Shown here one piece after another: positions 54,097-64,000 of a stretch of DNA of 64,000 bases. Below the pieces are notes generated by a model. It was not told where the DNA came from. It ran no database searches and saw only the letters and a program-made list of their open reading frames with translations. The translations under genes were made by a program, and so were the position numbers. Source of the DNA: Schizochytrium sp. TIO01 (taxonomy: Eukaryota; Protista; Bigyra: Labyrinthulomycetes); assembly GCA_004764695.1 (NCBI GenBank), contig SMSO01000031.1, positions 2,146,436 to 2,210,435 on the forward strand, in the 5' to 3' direction. Numbering within the stretch: the first letter of the stretch is position 1; each line of letters begins with the position of its first letter.

Positions 54097-56580
54097 ATGT
54101 CTGACCGCTCTTTGACGCAGCGGGGGGGCGAGAGTAAGCCTCTGTTGGATAATTCTGCTACCACAACTCCTTCAACGACTTCTCCGACGTCGTCAGCGGC
54201 TTCGCCGGTGTCTTCGCACGTCCATGTACCCGTGAGTCGTCAAGAAAGCGCATACTCACAACCTGTCGCTCATAATTCGATAAGCTCTTTTGCAGCTGCT
54301 TCAGGTGGGAAAGCCTCCGCCTCTGCAGCAATGACTTCAGCGTCAAACTCTTCTAGGCAACTCAAACATCCTCTATACAGAGCTGCAAGTGCTGGAGGCA
54401 CTGGCTTTCAGGTTTTCGATGAGGACATCCCGGTTCTAGAGATCACGCCTGGACAAATGACACCTCGAGGATTGACCAGTCAACCCACTGTTGACGAAAA
54501 TCCTCAAAGAGAAAGTCACGAAGATTGTGCAAGTGAAGAACATAATCATGATGATGATGATGATATCTCTGTGTCAAGAAGAGCTTCTGTTCAGTCTGGC
54601 ACACTGCTGCCTCATGTGGTACCCCACGTGAGCACAATGGAAACCAGGCAGTTCGGACCTGAGACGTACAAGCCACACAGCTTTGATGAACGCACAGCGC
54701 TTACTATGCGTAGATCTGGCACGCCAGGACTTTACGATGACTCAAGCACTACACTGAGCGACTTTGAAGACCTTAGACCACGCAAGATTGGCAGGTCAAC
54801 ATCATTCTCATTGAACCAAGACTTTGATGACGAACGCCTTGACCAGGATCTTTCGCACGTACATATGGCAGAGCTCATTGTTGGCGTTGTGGCAAATCTT
54901 AACGATGAAACTGATTTGTCAGCAGACCAAAGTGAACATCGCCACGACGAGTCTAGTATTTTCGAAAGTTTTTTCGATCTTACTCATGCCCGTCTACAAC
55001 ACATCTTTCGTGCCTTTGACGAACTCAGTAAAAGTAAAGAAGCTGGAGTTGTTGATTACCGCAATTTCCGCAAGAGTCTTCGAGATGCTGGCCTTGATAT
55101 TCGCGATGAAACCTCCTTCAAAAACCTCGTCCAGAAGGTCGATCTCGATCTTGACGGCGGTATTACCTTCGCTGAGTTTGAAACCGTCGTGCAGAGTCTC
55201 AAGCTGGCGCATGTATTGCGCAGTAGTCGCTTGCAGTGGCAACGACCTTTTCGCTGCATCAATTACAACTCGAAGCGCGCCGAAGAGGAACGCGTGGACT
55301 CCAAGCGCATCAAAGATTTTATGTACAACCCTCGCCCCTCATGGGCAACTCATCGCTGGATTGAGTTAGTCACGCCGTGCACTTTTCATCTAAAGTGCTT
55401 AGCCATCAAACACCGCCTTCATCCCCTGGCTCTTGAAGATTGTCTAAAGGATTCGGCCCGCAGCCGTGCTAAACTTGATCGCTACGATACCCACGTCCTA
55501 GTGAGTTTTCCTGTCATGACGCTTGTCTACGGACAGTCAGGTGACGGTGCTGATAATTCAGCCTCACGTACTCGTACACGCACCTATAGTTTGTCCCGTT
55601 CCACATCTGGTGGCAAGGACGGCCGGTCGTACAGTGCTCACCGCAATCGCTGGAACTGGGGTACACCATCGCGTAATACTGCTGCTGAGCCTCTTATACG
55701 CCGCCAGGTTCGTGCAGTAGATGAAGATAGGTCCTACACCGCACTAGGACACTCCAAACCAGAAATTCAAAAGAAGAAACACCGTTTCCGCTCTGATAGC
55801 CACGCAACTGCTGATGGCGAGCCTATGATTCATGTTGAGGTACCTCGCGTTGTGAAGCATAATGCATATATATTTCTCTCACGCCCGGATCTTACGACAA
55901 CCATCACAGTAATCAACGATGAGTGTGCTGAGGTTGATGTCTTCCGACGCGTGCGACGTGAGCTGCAAGTGAGTTACTCGCGTTTGCGTACTCACGATGG
56001 TATGTACCTGCTTTATTCTCTGATTGATTGCTTGGCGGACTCATTTGTACCTCTGGTGCATGAGCTTGAGAGCATTCTCATGCAGCTATCCGCTCAGGTT
56101 CGTGATGAAAGGCACAATGTTGTGTCTGGTGAGGGAGAGCAGCGCTTCTCAGAAGCTTATCATGACATGATTCGTGAACTGCAAAACCTGAAACGGTGGA
56201 TGGTGCCAGCACAGCGTGTGGTTTCTAACCTGATCGCTGAAGAAGAGCTTATTGAGTCTGATTGCAAAATCTATCTGCGTGATGTTCATGATCATTTGGA
56301 ACAAATTACAGATGATATCAATTCTATTCTGGGCGGCTTGCAGTCCCTCAAGGAAGAACATGATCACCAGATTGAAGTTCGCATGAGTGGTACAATGAAC
56401 GCCCTGACCATTGTTGCGACAGCAAGTTTACCTGGCCAATTTCTTGCGAGCGTCTTTGGAATGAACTTTGACTCTATGGAGGAGCTTCATTGGAAGTATG
56501 GTTATCCAATGTTCTGGTGTTTGACAATCGCTTCGTGGTCACTACTCTTTTTCTACTTTCGCTCAAAGGGCTATGTATAA
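54097..56580 (+). CDS. CorA-like Mg2+ transporter with an N-terminal EF-hand pair
   Basis: LHPLALED, RAKLDRY, YLLYSLID, YLRDVHDH, MNALTIVA...P...ASVFGMNF..MEELHWKYGYPMFW; EF loop DLDLDGGITFAEF. Confidence 0.9.
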   Translation: MSDRSLTQRGGESKPLLDNSATTTPSTTSPTSSAASPVSSHVHVPVSRQESAYSQPVAHNSISSFAAASGGKASASAAMTSASNSSRQLKHPLYRAASAGGTGFQVFDEDIPVLEITPGQMTPRGLTSQPTVDENPQRESHEDCASEEHNHDDDDDISVSRRASVQSGTLLPHVVPHVSTMETRQFGPETYKPHSFDERTALTMRRSGTPGLYDDSSTTLSDFEDLRPRKIGRSTSFSLNQDFDDERLDQDLSHVHMAELIVGVVANLNDETDLSADQSEHRHDESSIFESFFDLTHARLQHIFRAFDELSKSKEAGVVDYRNFRKSLRDAGLDIRDETSFKNLVQKVDLDLDGGITFAEFETVVQSLKLAHVLRSSRLQWQRPFRCINYNSKRAEEERVDSKRIKDFMYNPRPSWATHRWIELVTPCTFHLKCLAIKHRLHPLALEDCLKDSARSRAKLDRYDTHVLVSFPVMTLVYGQSGDGADNSASRTRTRTYSLSRSTSGGKDGRSYSAHRNRWNWGTPSRNTAAEPLIRRQVRAVDEDRSYTALGHSKPEIQKKKHRFRSDSHATADGEPMIHVEVPRVVKHNAYIFLSRPDLTTTITVINDECAEVDVFRRVRRELQVSYSRLRTHDGMYLLYSLIDCLADSFVPLVHELESILMQLSAQVRDERHNVVSGEGEQRFSEAYHDMIRELQNLKRWMVPAQRVVSNLIAEEELIESDCKIYLRDVHDHLEQITDDINSILGGLQSLKEEHDHQIEVRMSGTMNALTIVATASLPGQFLASVFGMNFDSMEELHWKYGYPMFWCLTIASWSLLFFYFRSKGYV

Positions 56581-57340
56581 AGCAAGCACTATACATCTGT
56601 ACATGAACCAGATTACTTTGTGGTTTTACCAGTAGATCACGACAGTCTGCCCATGTGCACCTTGATTTTCATCCGTCTCTGTAAAAGATGTGGTCTGCTG
56701 CTGTCTGCCCTACCCGTGTCCCTCGTTTGCTTCTGTGCAATTATCCCAGTTTGATTTTGCTTGAATGTGTTCGCAAATTGTACTCCATCAATATAAGGAT
56801 AATAAGCACACTTGCTTTAATGATGCATATAGGCTAGAATGAGTCGGCGTGCATCATTCATATTCCTACATCACTCTCATTCGTTGTGGTTCGCCGCTTC
56901 GTTCACAGAAAAATTATACAGTTTTCCTTCACGCATGTATCATGTAAAGGGCATGATGATGCCTACTAGTAATAATATGAGTAATCGCAAGCTTTTCATT
57001 TCGTTTTCACCCAAATACATCATTCTCAACATGCTTCATTCTCAATATGCACATGGCTTTTGTGTATATTTGAGTCTTATGAGCAAAACTTTAGGCAGTA
57101 CAGAGCACCTGGATCTCACAAGGAGTTGACTTGAGGAAACCATACGCAACAATGCAGATGGAGCTACACAAGAAGAAGAATGATCTACTCACAAGAGGGA
57201 GGTTGGTGAAGACTATAAATGTAATTCGAAAAGGTTAACAGGGGATTTTAGTTGAAATTGGATTTTCATGTATCGTGTTCAAGGGCAAGGAGGAGTACTT
57301 AAGACTAGTCATTCTTCCAATCATTTGTATTTGTCTGTGC

Positions 57341-59035
57341 TCACTCTTGAGACAATCCAGTAGAGCTCAAACCAGAGGACGATCGACGGACTGCCTGAAA
57401 GGATTCGCTAAGATGGGAAAGGCGTTGACGGCTTTCCGAGGGGCGTGGGCGTTCACGTGGATCCCGCGCCAGCATAAGCTGGGTCTCACGCATAAGTCCT
57501 TTGCCGAAAGTTTGGCCGAACGTGCGCTCGAAAAAGGGCAAATACTTTGCGCCATCCTCTCGCAACGATTGTCCCAGCTCAAAAGTATGAAGATAATCAT
57601 TCGGAAGCTCGATACTGGTGATTTTCTCAAACTTGGCCTTCACACTGGGGCGATCAATGTGTGGCACATCAATTCCTAGCGCCATGGAAACAATAATAAT
57701 GCCCATCATGTACAAGTCATAACTAGAAACGTGTACACGGGTTGGGTCTTGAAAGCAGTGCTCAGGTGGTCGACGAGCTGTCCACTTAGGTTTGGGCACA
57801 AGTTTCTGCGTATCATACCAAAAGGCCACGAGGGCATCCGTAAGCGCCTCTTCGTTAAGATTTGCAGCATCGGTATCTCGCGGGGGCTGTGCTGCACCAC
57901 TTGCGTCTGCTTCAAGCTTCTGGACATTAAGAGGGGAGCGAAGGCCAGCGCCGTCGAGCATGCGGCCCATATCAATGGAAAGACCAAAATCGCTCCAGCG
58001 GGCAACCATCTGGATTTTCTCGTCCATGCTAACTCCGTAGTCCATAAGAACGTTATCAGGCTTGACGTCTCTCATGACGATTCCGCGACTTGAGATGTAG
58101 TCGATACCCTGCAAGAGCTGAAGCACAACAAGCTGGGCAATTTCCTGGTATACAGGTAGGCCAGTCTCGAAGAACTGATGTTCGATATATTCAGCAAGAT
58201 CGATTCCATACGGAGAAGGCGAGATTCGTCTAAGTAATAACCAAAGGCGTTGCGGAGACTCATCAAGACGATCTAAGTAGGTGACACAGGTTTGATCTTT
58301 GTCATTTTCCGCGAGGATACTAGCAATTCGGTATTCGTTGATGGCACTGGAGCGTTGCGTCGGTTCGACCTGCTTCAGCGCAAGTTGCCGCTGAAGCTGC
58401 ATGCTCACCGCAGCCTTTAGGCGGTCTCGCAGACCTGTTGTAGAAGGTCCATCAGAGTTTTTCATGGCTTGGTGCAGCACATCAGCGATTCGGTCTGTGC
58501 CCTCCTCAGACACCCGCACTGCCGTGTAAACCGCCCCTGCAGAACCTCTAGCAATGAACTTGACGGGTGCATAAAGTTTGCCAGTGCTCTGTCCACGAAG
58601 CTGCACACGAGGTACATCCTTCGATGCATTTTTGGCACGAGAGTCTGATTTCTTCAGATCTCGCCCAAGATAGCTTTCGGCGATGATGCACATGGCTTTA
58701 GTGAGTGCTGGCACATTTTCGAGTAAGAGCTGTCGAATCTCAGGGCCTAAGTGAGGGTCTGAGCGCAGGACCTCCTCAATACTGCGTCCACGGAGCATCT
58801 CTTCTGCAATACTTGCGTAGCATGGTCCGAGCTCAAACAATCTTTCCCAATTGTGCTCTTCAAGCTTGGTTTGGAATTTAGTGTCGGCGAGCTGCTGCAG
58901 AATGACCTTGTCAGAAAAATGCTCGGATCCAAACACGTGGCGGTTTACGAGCACCCGGGGGCTTTTATACCTCCAACGCACTCCCGCAAGCGCAAGGACC
59001 GTCAGTCCGCCGAAAACGCCTGCAGCGTCGCTCAT
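57341..59035 (-). CDS. Ser/Thr protein kinase-like protein with N-terminal hydrophobic anchor
   Basis: IARGSAGAVY (Gly loop), LALK, AINE, MRDVKPDNVL, SDFGLS, RRPPE, YDLYMMG, DPRERP. First in-frame ATG is at 59035. Confidence 0.8.
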   Translation of the reverse strand: MSDAAGVFGGLTVLALAGVRWRYKSPRVLVNRHVFGSEHFSDKVILQQLADTKFQTKLEEHNWERLFELGPCYASIAEEMLRGRSIEEVLRSDPHLGPEIRQLLLENVPALTKAMCIIAESYLGRDLKKSDSRAKNASKDVPRVQLRGQSTGKLYAPVKFIARGSAGAVYTAVRVSEEGTDRIADVLHQAMKNSDGPSTTGLRDRLKAAVSMQLQRQLALKQVEPTQRSSAINEYRIASILAENDKDQTCVTYLDRLDESPQRLWLLLRRISPSPYGIDLAEYIEHQFFETGLPVYQEIAQLVVLQLLQGIDYISSRGIVMRDVKPDNVLMDYGVSMDEKIQMVARWSDFGLSIDMGRMLDGAGLRSPLNVQKLEADASGAAQPPRDTDAANLNEEALTDALVAFWYDTQKLVPKPKWTARRPPEHCFQDPTRVHVSSYDLYMMGIIIVSMALGIDVPHIDRPSVKAKFEKITSIELPNDYLHTFELGQSLREDGAKYLPFFERTFGQTFGKGLMRETQLMLARDPRERPRPSESRQRLSHLSESFQAVRRSSSGLSSTGLSQE

Positions 59036-62000
59036 TCTGCTCGATTTCCACAAGAGCTTTTCAAGAAGCTTCACAGAATCGGAGTAGCTTCTTCAACTGG
59101 CTATCCAGACAAAACCTCACAGGCGACCAACTAATACAGCGAGTCTTCTGGGTTGCTTCACCACGCCACCAGCCGATCCACCCCGCCTCCACGAAGGCTG
59201 CAGGTCAGCCCCCAAAAGTGGTCTGTCTGCTGCAGCTATCCCAAAACAATCTTCGCAACCTGGAAGAGTTCTTGCTGTATGAATCATCGTGAATTTGCTT
59301 GTGTAGTCACTCTTTAGGTAGTAGAAGATAGCTAGTAGGTATCTATGCCCTCTTACCCGCTTTTTTCTTTTGATGATTATTGTGCTTAGAGAACACAGGA
59401 GCACACACACTAGCGACTCGTAGCGGTAACCTGACAAGCGCTTTTCAGAGTGACTCGCTTCAGTGCGTTCATCTTCGCTCGTTGAGTGCATTCCAGCTGG
59501 CTACGAGTCGCTCGTGTGCTTTCTCGTTTGCACAGTAGTGCAGATGTCTCTTTCCGAAAGTCTCTTCTAGCCTACCTCCAAGACAATCGTCGTAAATGCT
59601 CACCTTCAGCTTAGTCCGCTTTTGAGGACTTTTCAGAGATGTGGAATTTGGACGGTGCTGATTTTATTTAGCTAATTATTCGGGGATCACCAGGACGTCA
59701 ACCAGGAGCTGACAGGTAGCCTTGAGTGAATTCCGAAGATCAGGAATACAGCTGTTATTTCAAGCTTTCAATTCGTTTCTCTGTCCTGCTAGTGGGCCTA
59801 CACAAATTTATATGAAAATTTATACTCATGGGCATTGAATCGTAAGTAGCAAACGTGGGGAAATGTGGCTCATTCAGATCCGCAGCCATAGCAGAGCCGC
59901 GGAAGTGGGAGGTAGAAGCCGATGCTTTGGTTTGAGTGGGGTGGGGAAGCGGGTATTCGGGGTTGCTTCGAGTCGGTCAGAAGCCTCATAAAGTCAGTTG
60001 GTTATAAGTCTTTTCATCTCTAGAGGAAATTCAAGGTATGGTAGTAGCACCATTGGTATTTTTGGAACTATGATCGTCGTCACTCGCTCATTATATTCAA
60101 TCTTCTTCCGATTCGCTCGCTCACGCACTCATTTCGAGCACATCAGCGAGATTCAATCTCCTTTGAGTGAAGTAAACAAAACATGTCCAAGGTTTGTCGC
60201 AAAACGCGGCAGGAGGCAATGCTACTGTCTAGGTGCTGTTTCTGAATGAGGGAATGCTCTTCGAGATGGACGCAAAGGCGGTGTTTGCAATTTCATTTCT
60301 TTGGGTTGCGGATTGAATCGACAAAGTCTTCATCACGATAAATCGCCATCTTCAGTATGATGATTCATCATAGTGTATAGTGCAAGAACTCAACTACGCA
60401 ATGCGATCTCTATGTTGCTCTGTTGAACTGGACCTGAATGAACTCGGAAAATGAATTGAAATATAAGAGTTGGGATTGATGCTGAGATGCGCATGGACCT
60501 GACCTTGAGTATCCTAGAATGGATGCGAAGTAGACCACGTGGCCTTCTGCACTGGTATTTTGGGAGAAAAGTCCCGAAAATAGATGCTAGTATGGATGCC
60601 TTTTGATCTGACAGAAAAACTATACTGAATATTTGATACAATGTGGGATACATGGAGGAGCGCATACCTAAAATCTCCTCACGTGAGGATCAAAATAGAA
60701 AATAAAAAAATAAAAAAATGCTTATTTGGGTGTCCATACTTGCTTAATATCCGACTATTCTGTATTTAAAGCAGCACCTAGTCGCTTGCTTGCATTGATG
60801 GGGATTTCTGCATGCATTACAACAATACGAATATAATTATCGCACGAACAAGCCGCCGGTTGTTTCACGTATAGTTCAAGGCTTGGTTGATTATGCACGG
60901 GGGAATTTCCAATATTTATTGGCGTAGAGGGAATTGTTAGATGGTAATTTTCATATTTTCAAATGAATTGATTGATTGATGCTTTCCTAGTGCACCAATT
61001 TAATGCATTAATCCTAAGATTATTTCCAAAATTTAGAAGCGTCTACCCTTTAAACTTGCAGCCAAGAAAACATGATATTTGTAGAGAGAGCATGCAAAAT
61101 CACTTGATAGATGATAGATTACATTGTCTCGAACTTCTGTACTACTTATAGTACACATTGCACGCAACGATGGAAGAGGAGGATAAACGTCTAGGCGCTA
61201 ACATACACACCTTGCATGTATTCGAATTGTATTAAAATCCACCGCGATGCATGCATGCGTGATACAACGAGCAAGTGCGATTGATTACTTTACAATGAGT
61301 TTAAACTTTTGCGTCTTCCGTAATACGTTTGTAAAGTGCTCCATTTTTTTTCAGAATCAAGTATCTCAGGCATACCTTAAAGATAGGCTTCAAAGCTTTG
61401 CTTATATTCCCTCTTCGCTTTTCTTTGTTTGACCTTATAGAAAAAAAAGCAGGAAACTGACAAGATAAAGTATACATGTGTAGCAAATATTGTAACGTAG
61501 AAGTGATGCTAAAACCAATTCTGATTTCAAAATAATACTGCTCCACGTACTAAATAGTTGCAAACGAAAGAATCGTTGAATTGCAATCCAAGAATATTTT
61601 GAAGACTGAGGCGTCCCTAAGAAGAGGTGAATTCTTAAACCATTGGATATTGAGTTTTAGATATTAGATGTGGAAAATGAAATGATTTTTGTGCGTCACA
61701 GAACAACACACTGGATACAAGAGACACTCAGATACAAGCATAACAGCGCATGACAGTCATCTCCCGACTTGCATCGCATCACCAGACGTGGTTATTGTCT
61801 ATATTGGTAAGCATGCATTCCAGAAAATGAACCTTCACGTGGTGAAATGTGATTGCATTCAGAGTAAGTTTGCAGCCAAGTTGCAGTTGCTGCAAACCGT
61901 TGGGTAACAGCCCATCAAGCCACGGTCATCCAACGTATACTAACACGACAGGCTAGCTCACATGCAGGCTTGGACAGATTTAAAAAAAAAAATCTGGGGT

Positions 62001-62366
62001 AAGACTGCGACTGAGTCGCTAACCAACTAGTGCCAGAGAAGACTTTCTCTAAAACGTGGAAAAAGGAATAAAAAAGGTCCAAGAATAAAGCTAAGAATAT
62101 CTTCTTTGATAGTTGATGTTGCACTTTCATTGACAATAACTTCGACTTCGCCTCGCCCCTCGCGACCTCACGCAGCAGCAGCAGCTGCCGTTCCTTCGTA
62201 GCTACTAGCCACAAAGGAATCTCGCAAAAGCATCTGTGCGAGGATTTGGCCTCCGCTGTGTAATTTGCGGTAAGCGGCGTGTTGAAGTCGATGTTCGCCG
62301 ATAGGAAGAGCATCAGCAGCTTCTCCAGGCCCAAGGAAGGGCTTAGAGGGTCCAAGAAGACGGCGC

Positions 62367-62984
62367 TTAGCGGTAGCGGCGGAGCTTGAGGGAGTTGCGG
62401 ATCTTCCAGTTGGCGCGGCGGGAGGAGCCGATGACCTTGTTGGCGCGGTGGCCACGCTTGCGGAGTCCACGGTAGGCGCGGCCAGCAGAGGTGAGGCCAC
62501 GGAGCTCGCGGTGCTTGTGGGTGGGGTTGGCGATCCATTGAAGACGGGCGTCTTTGCGGATGGTGGGGCTCATGGGGTCGACAAGGATGACCTCGAAGTA
62601 CTTGTAGGTGGCATCCTGGTTGACCCAGTAAGAGTTGAGAACACGGAGGTTGCCGCACTTGCGACCAACACGCTCCTCAGCGAAGGAACGGAGGTTGCGG
62701 ACGGGCTTGAGCTGGTTGATACCGTGGTGCTTGGGCTTGCCGTACACGATACCCTTGGAGGCCTTGCGCTTGCGGCCACCGCGGCGGATAGCAACGCGGT
62801 AGACAACGATGCCCTGCTTGGCCTTGTAGCCGAGGCGGTGGGCCTTCTCCGGGCGGGAAGGGCGAACCAACTTCTTGATCTTCTTCTCGTGGCGGTACTG
62901 CCAGGCGCGAACGCGGAGCAAGAAGCGCATCACATCGCTCTGCTTCTTGCGCCAGAGCTCCTCAGTGTACTTGTACGCGCCCAT
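62367..62984 (-). CDS. RPL15: 60S ribosomal protein L15 (eL15)
   Basis: [26 protein letters not shown]...LGYKAKQG...[36 protein letters not shown]...[13 protein letters not shown]; strong codon bias. Confidence 0.98.
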   Translation of the reverse strand: MGAYKYTEELWRKKQSDVMRFLLRVRAWQYRHEKKIKKLVRPSRPEKAHRLGYKAKQGIVVYRVAIRRGGRKRKASKGIVYGKPKHHGINQLKPVRNLRSFAEERVGRKCGNLRVLNSYWVNQDATYKYFEVILVDPMSPTIRKDARLQWIANPTHKHRELRGLTSAGRAYRGLRKRGHRANKVIGSSRRANWKIRNSLKLRRYR

Positions 62985-64000
62985 CTTGCTTGAGTCGAGA
63001 CTCTACGAGTGAGACCGAGCACCTATCGACCTCGAACTAAAGGGAATTGACGAGACCTTCTCCCGCCGCCTGTCAACCTCGTCCTCCTCTTAGCCTTATC
63101 TTTTCTATTCCCTACTTGTCAACCCTATACTCCACTTTGCCACTCTATTCTCTTCTGTAAGTTACTATCCACTATTCATTTGCTCTACTGTATCCACCCT
63201 CACCACTTCGCAGCCTTTCCTTTCTGCGCAAGAGAGACCACTACACTTAAACCTATGTGCAGTGCTAGTGCGGCGCAGCCAACCAAAGCCCCTTACAAAA
63301 AGATGGCGAGAGATCAAATGCAACAAATGACGCTATTAAACTTTCGTCTAAATGAAGGCCAGTAGGTCAACCAGGCAGGGTCTGCCCTGCCAACCATCTA
63401 TTGTCAATGAGGGGGAGAGAGGAACAAAGGGAACAGTAGGGTCCCGTGTTCCCTGTTAAGGGAGGCTTAGGGAGAATTAAGAGGGGGACTGCGCAACGCA
63501 ACCCTATCCCTAGGAGAGGAACGCAAAAGTAAAATAGGATGCACAACGCAAAAAGAAGGTAGGAGGGTGCACACGTTTGGGCATGTTCTGTTTCATAAAT
63601 CTCTGGGAAGTGTTCTTTTTGTTGGATGATTGTGTGTTGTGCAAAATCAGGGAGGGACTTGAGGAGAAACCATGAAGTCGCTACAGACACGCGTGGAGAT
63701 TAATGCTGCTGTAGTTGTATGCATGGAGCTTCAGGGTTCAAGATAGTTTTGTTTGGCTGTTTTAACAATATTCAAGGAATATTGTGAATTCCTAGCTAGG
63801 TTTGTGAGTCTTCAAAATGCAAACGTACCACCTAGGGATTAAGTATTACCGTGACAGCTCTCCGGAGTGGATTTTTGGTGATCAATTCATACTTAGCGAA
63901 AGTAATGCGTTTCGATCATCGCTGTTGCAATCTAGTAAATATTATAGTCTACCACAACGTTGCTGTGTATCTAGCACCTCTTGATTGATCAAGCAGCAAT

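Noticed and set aside
61915-62993. ORFs 61915-62658 (-), 62448-62993 (+) and 62168-62500 (-)
   Set aside because: Alternative-frame or antisense shadows of the GC3-rich RPL15 gene.

Overview
Eukaryotic nuclear DNA, intron-poor with mid-range GC. It is most consistent with a stramenopile, probably a thraustochytrid/labyrinthulomycete; this is inferred from a tubular-mastigoneme (Sig1/Ocm1-like) EGF gene, mostly single-exon genes and a few short GT-AG introns. About 16 ordinary genes are recognisable: IQ+WW scaffold, HVA22/REEP, FHA protein, Pol III subunit RPC3, mastigoneme protein, AP-3 sigma, TTC39/IML2-GOLD, pyrroline-5-carboxylate reductase, SASA acetylesterase, AIG1/FAR-17a-like membrane protein, SulP-STAS-cNMP transporter, Tim44/MAIP1-like protein, TTL ligase, EF-hand CorA transporter, a kinase and RPL15. 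The unusual part is a gene-poor island at about 5-19.7 kb. By eye it holds two unrecognised gene families. Family A comprises 9089-10408 (+), 14017-15051 (-) and a decayed copy at about 27.7-29.0 kb. Family B comprises 10710-11579 (-) and a decayed copy at about 15.75-17.35 kb. The island also carries a ~420-bp repeat in four copies upstream of the family-B loci. Two of these copies form an ~850-bp imperfect inverted repeat (17645-18495), a candidate hairpin-RNA locus. All homology calls come from visual alignment and family motif recognition; no database searches were run.
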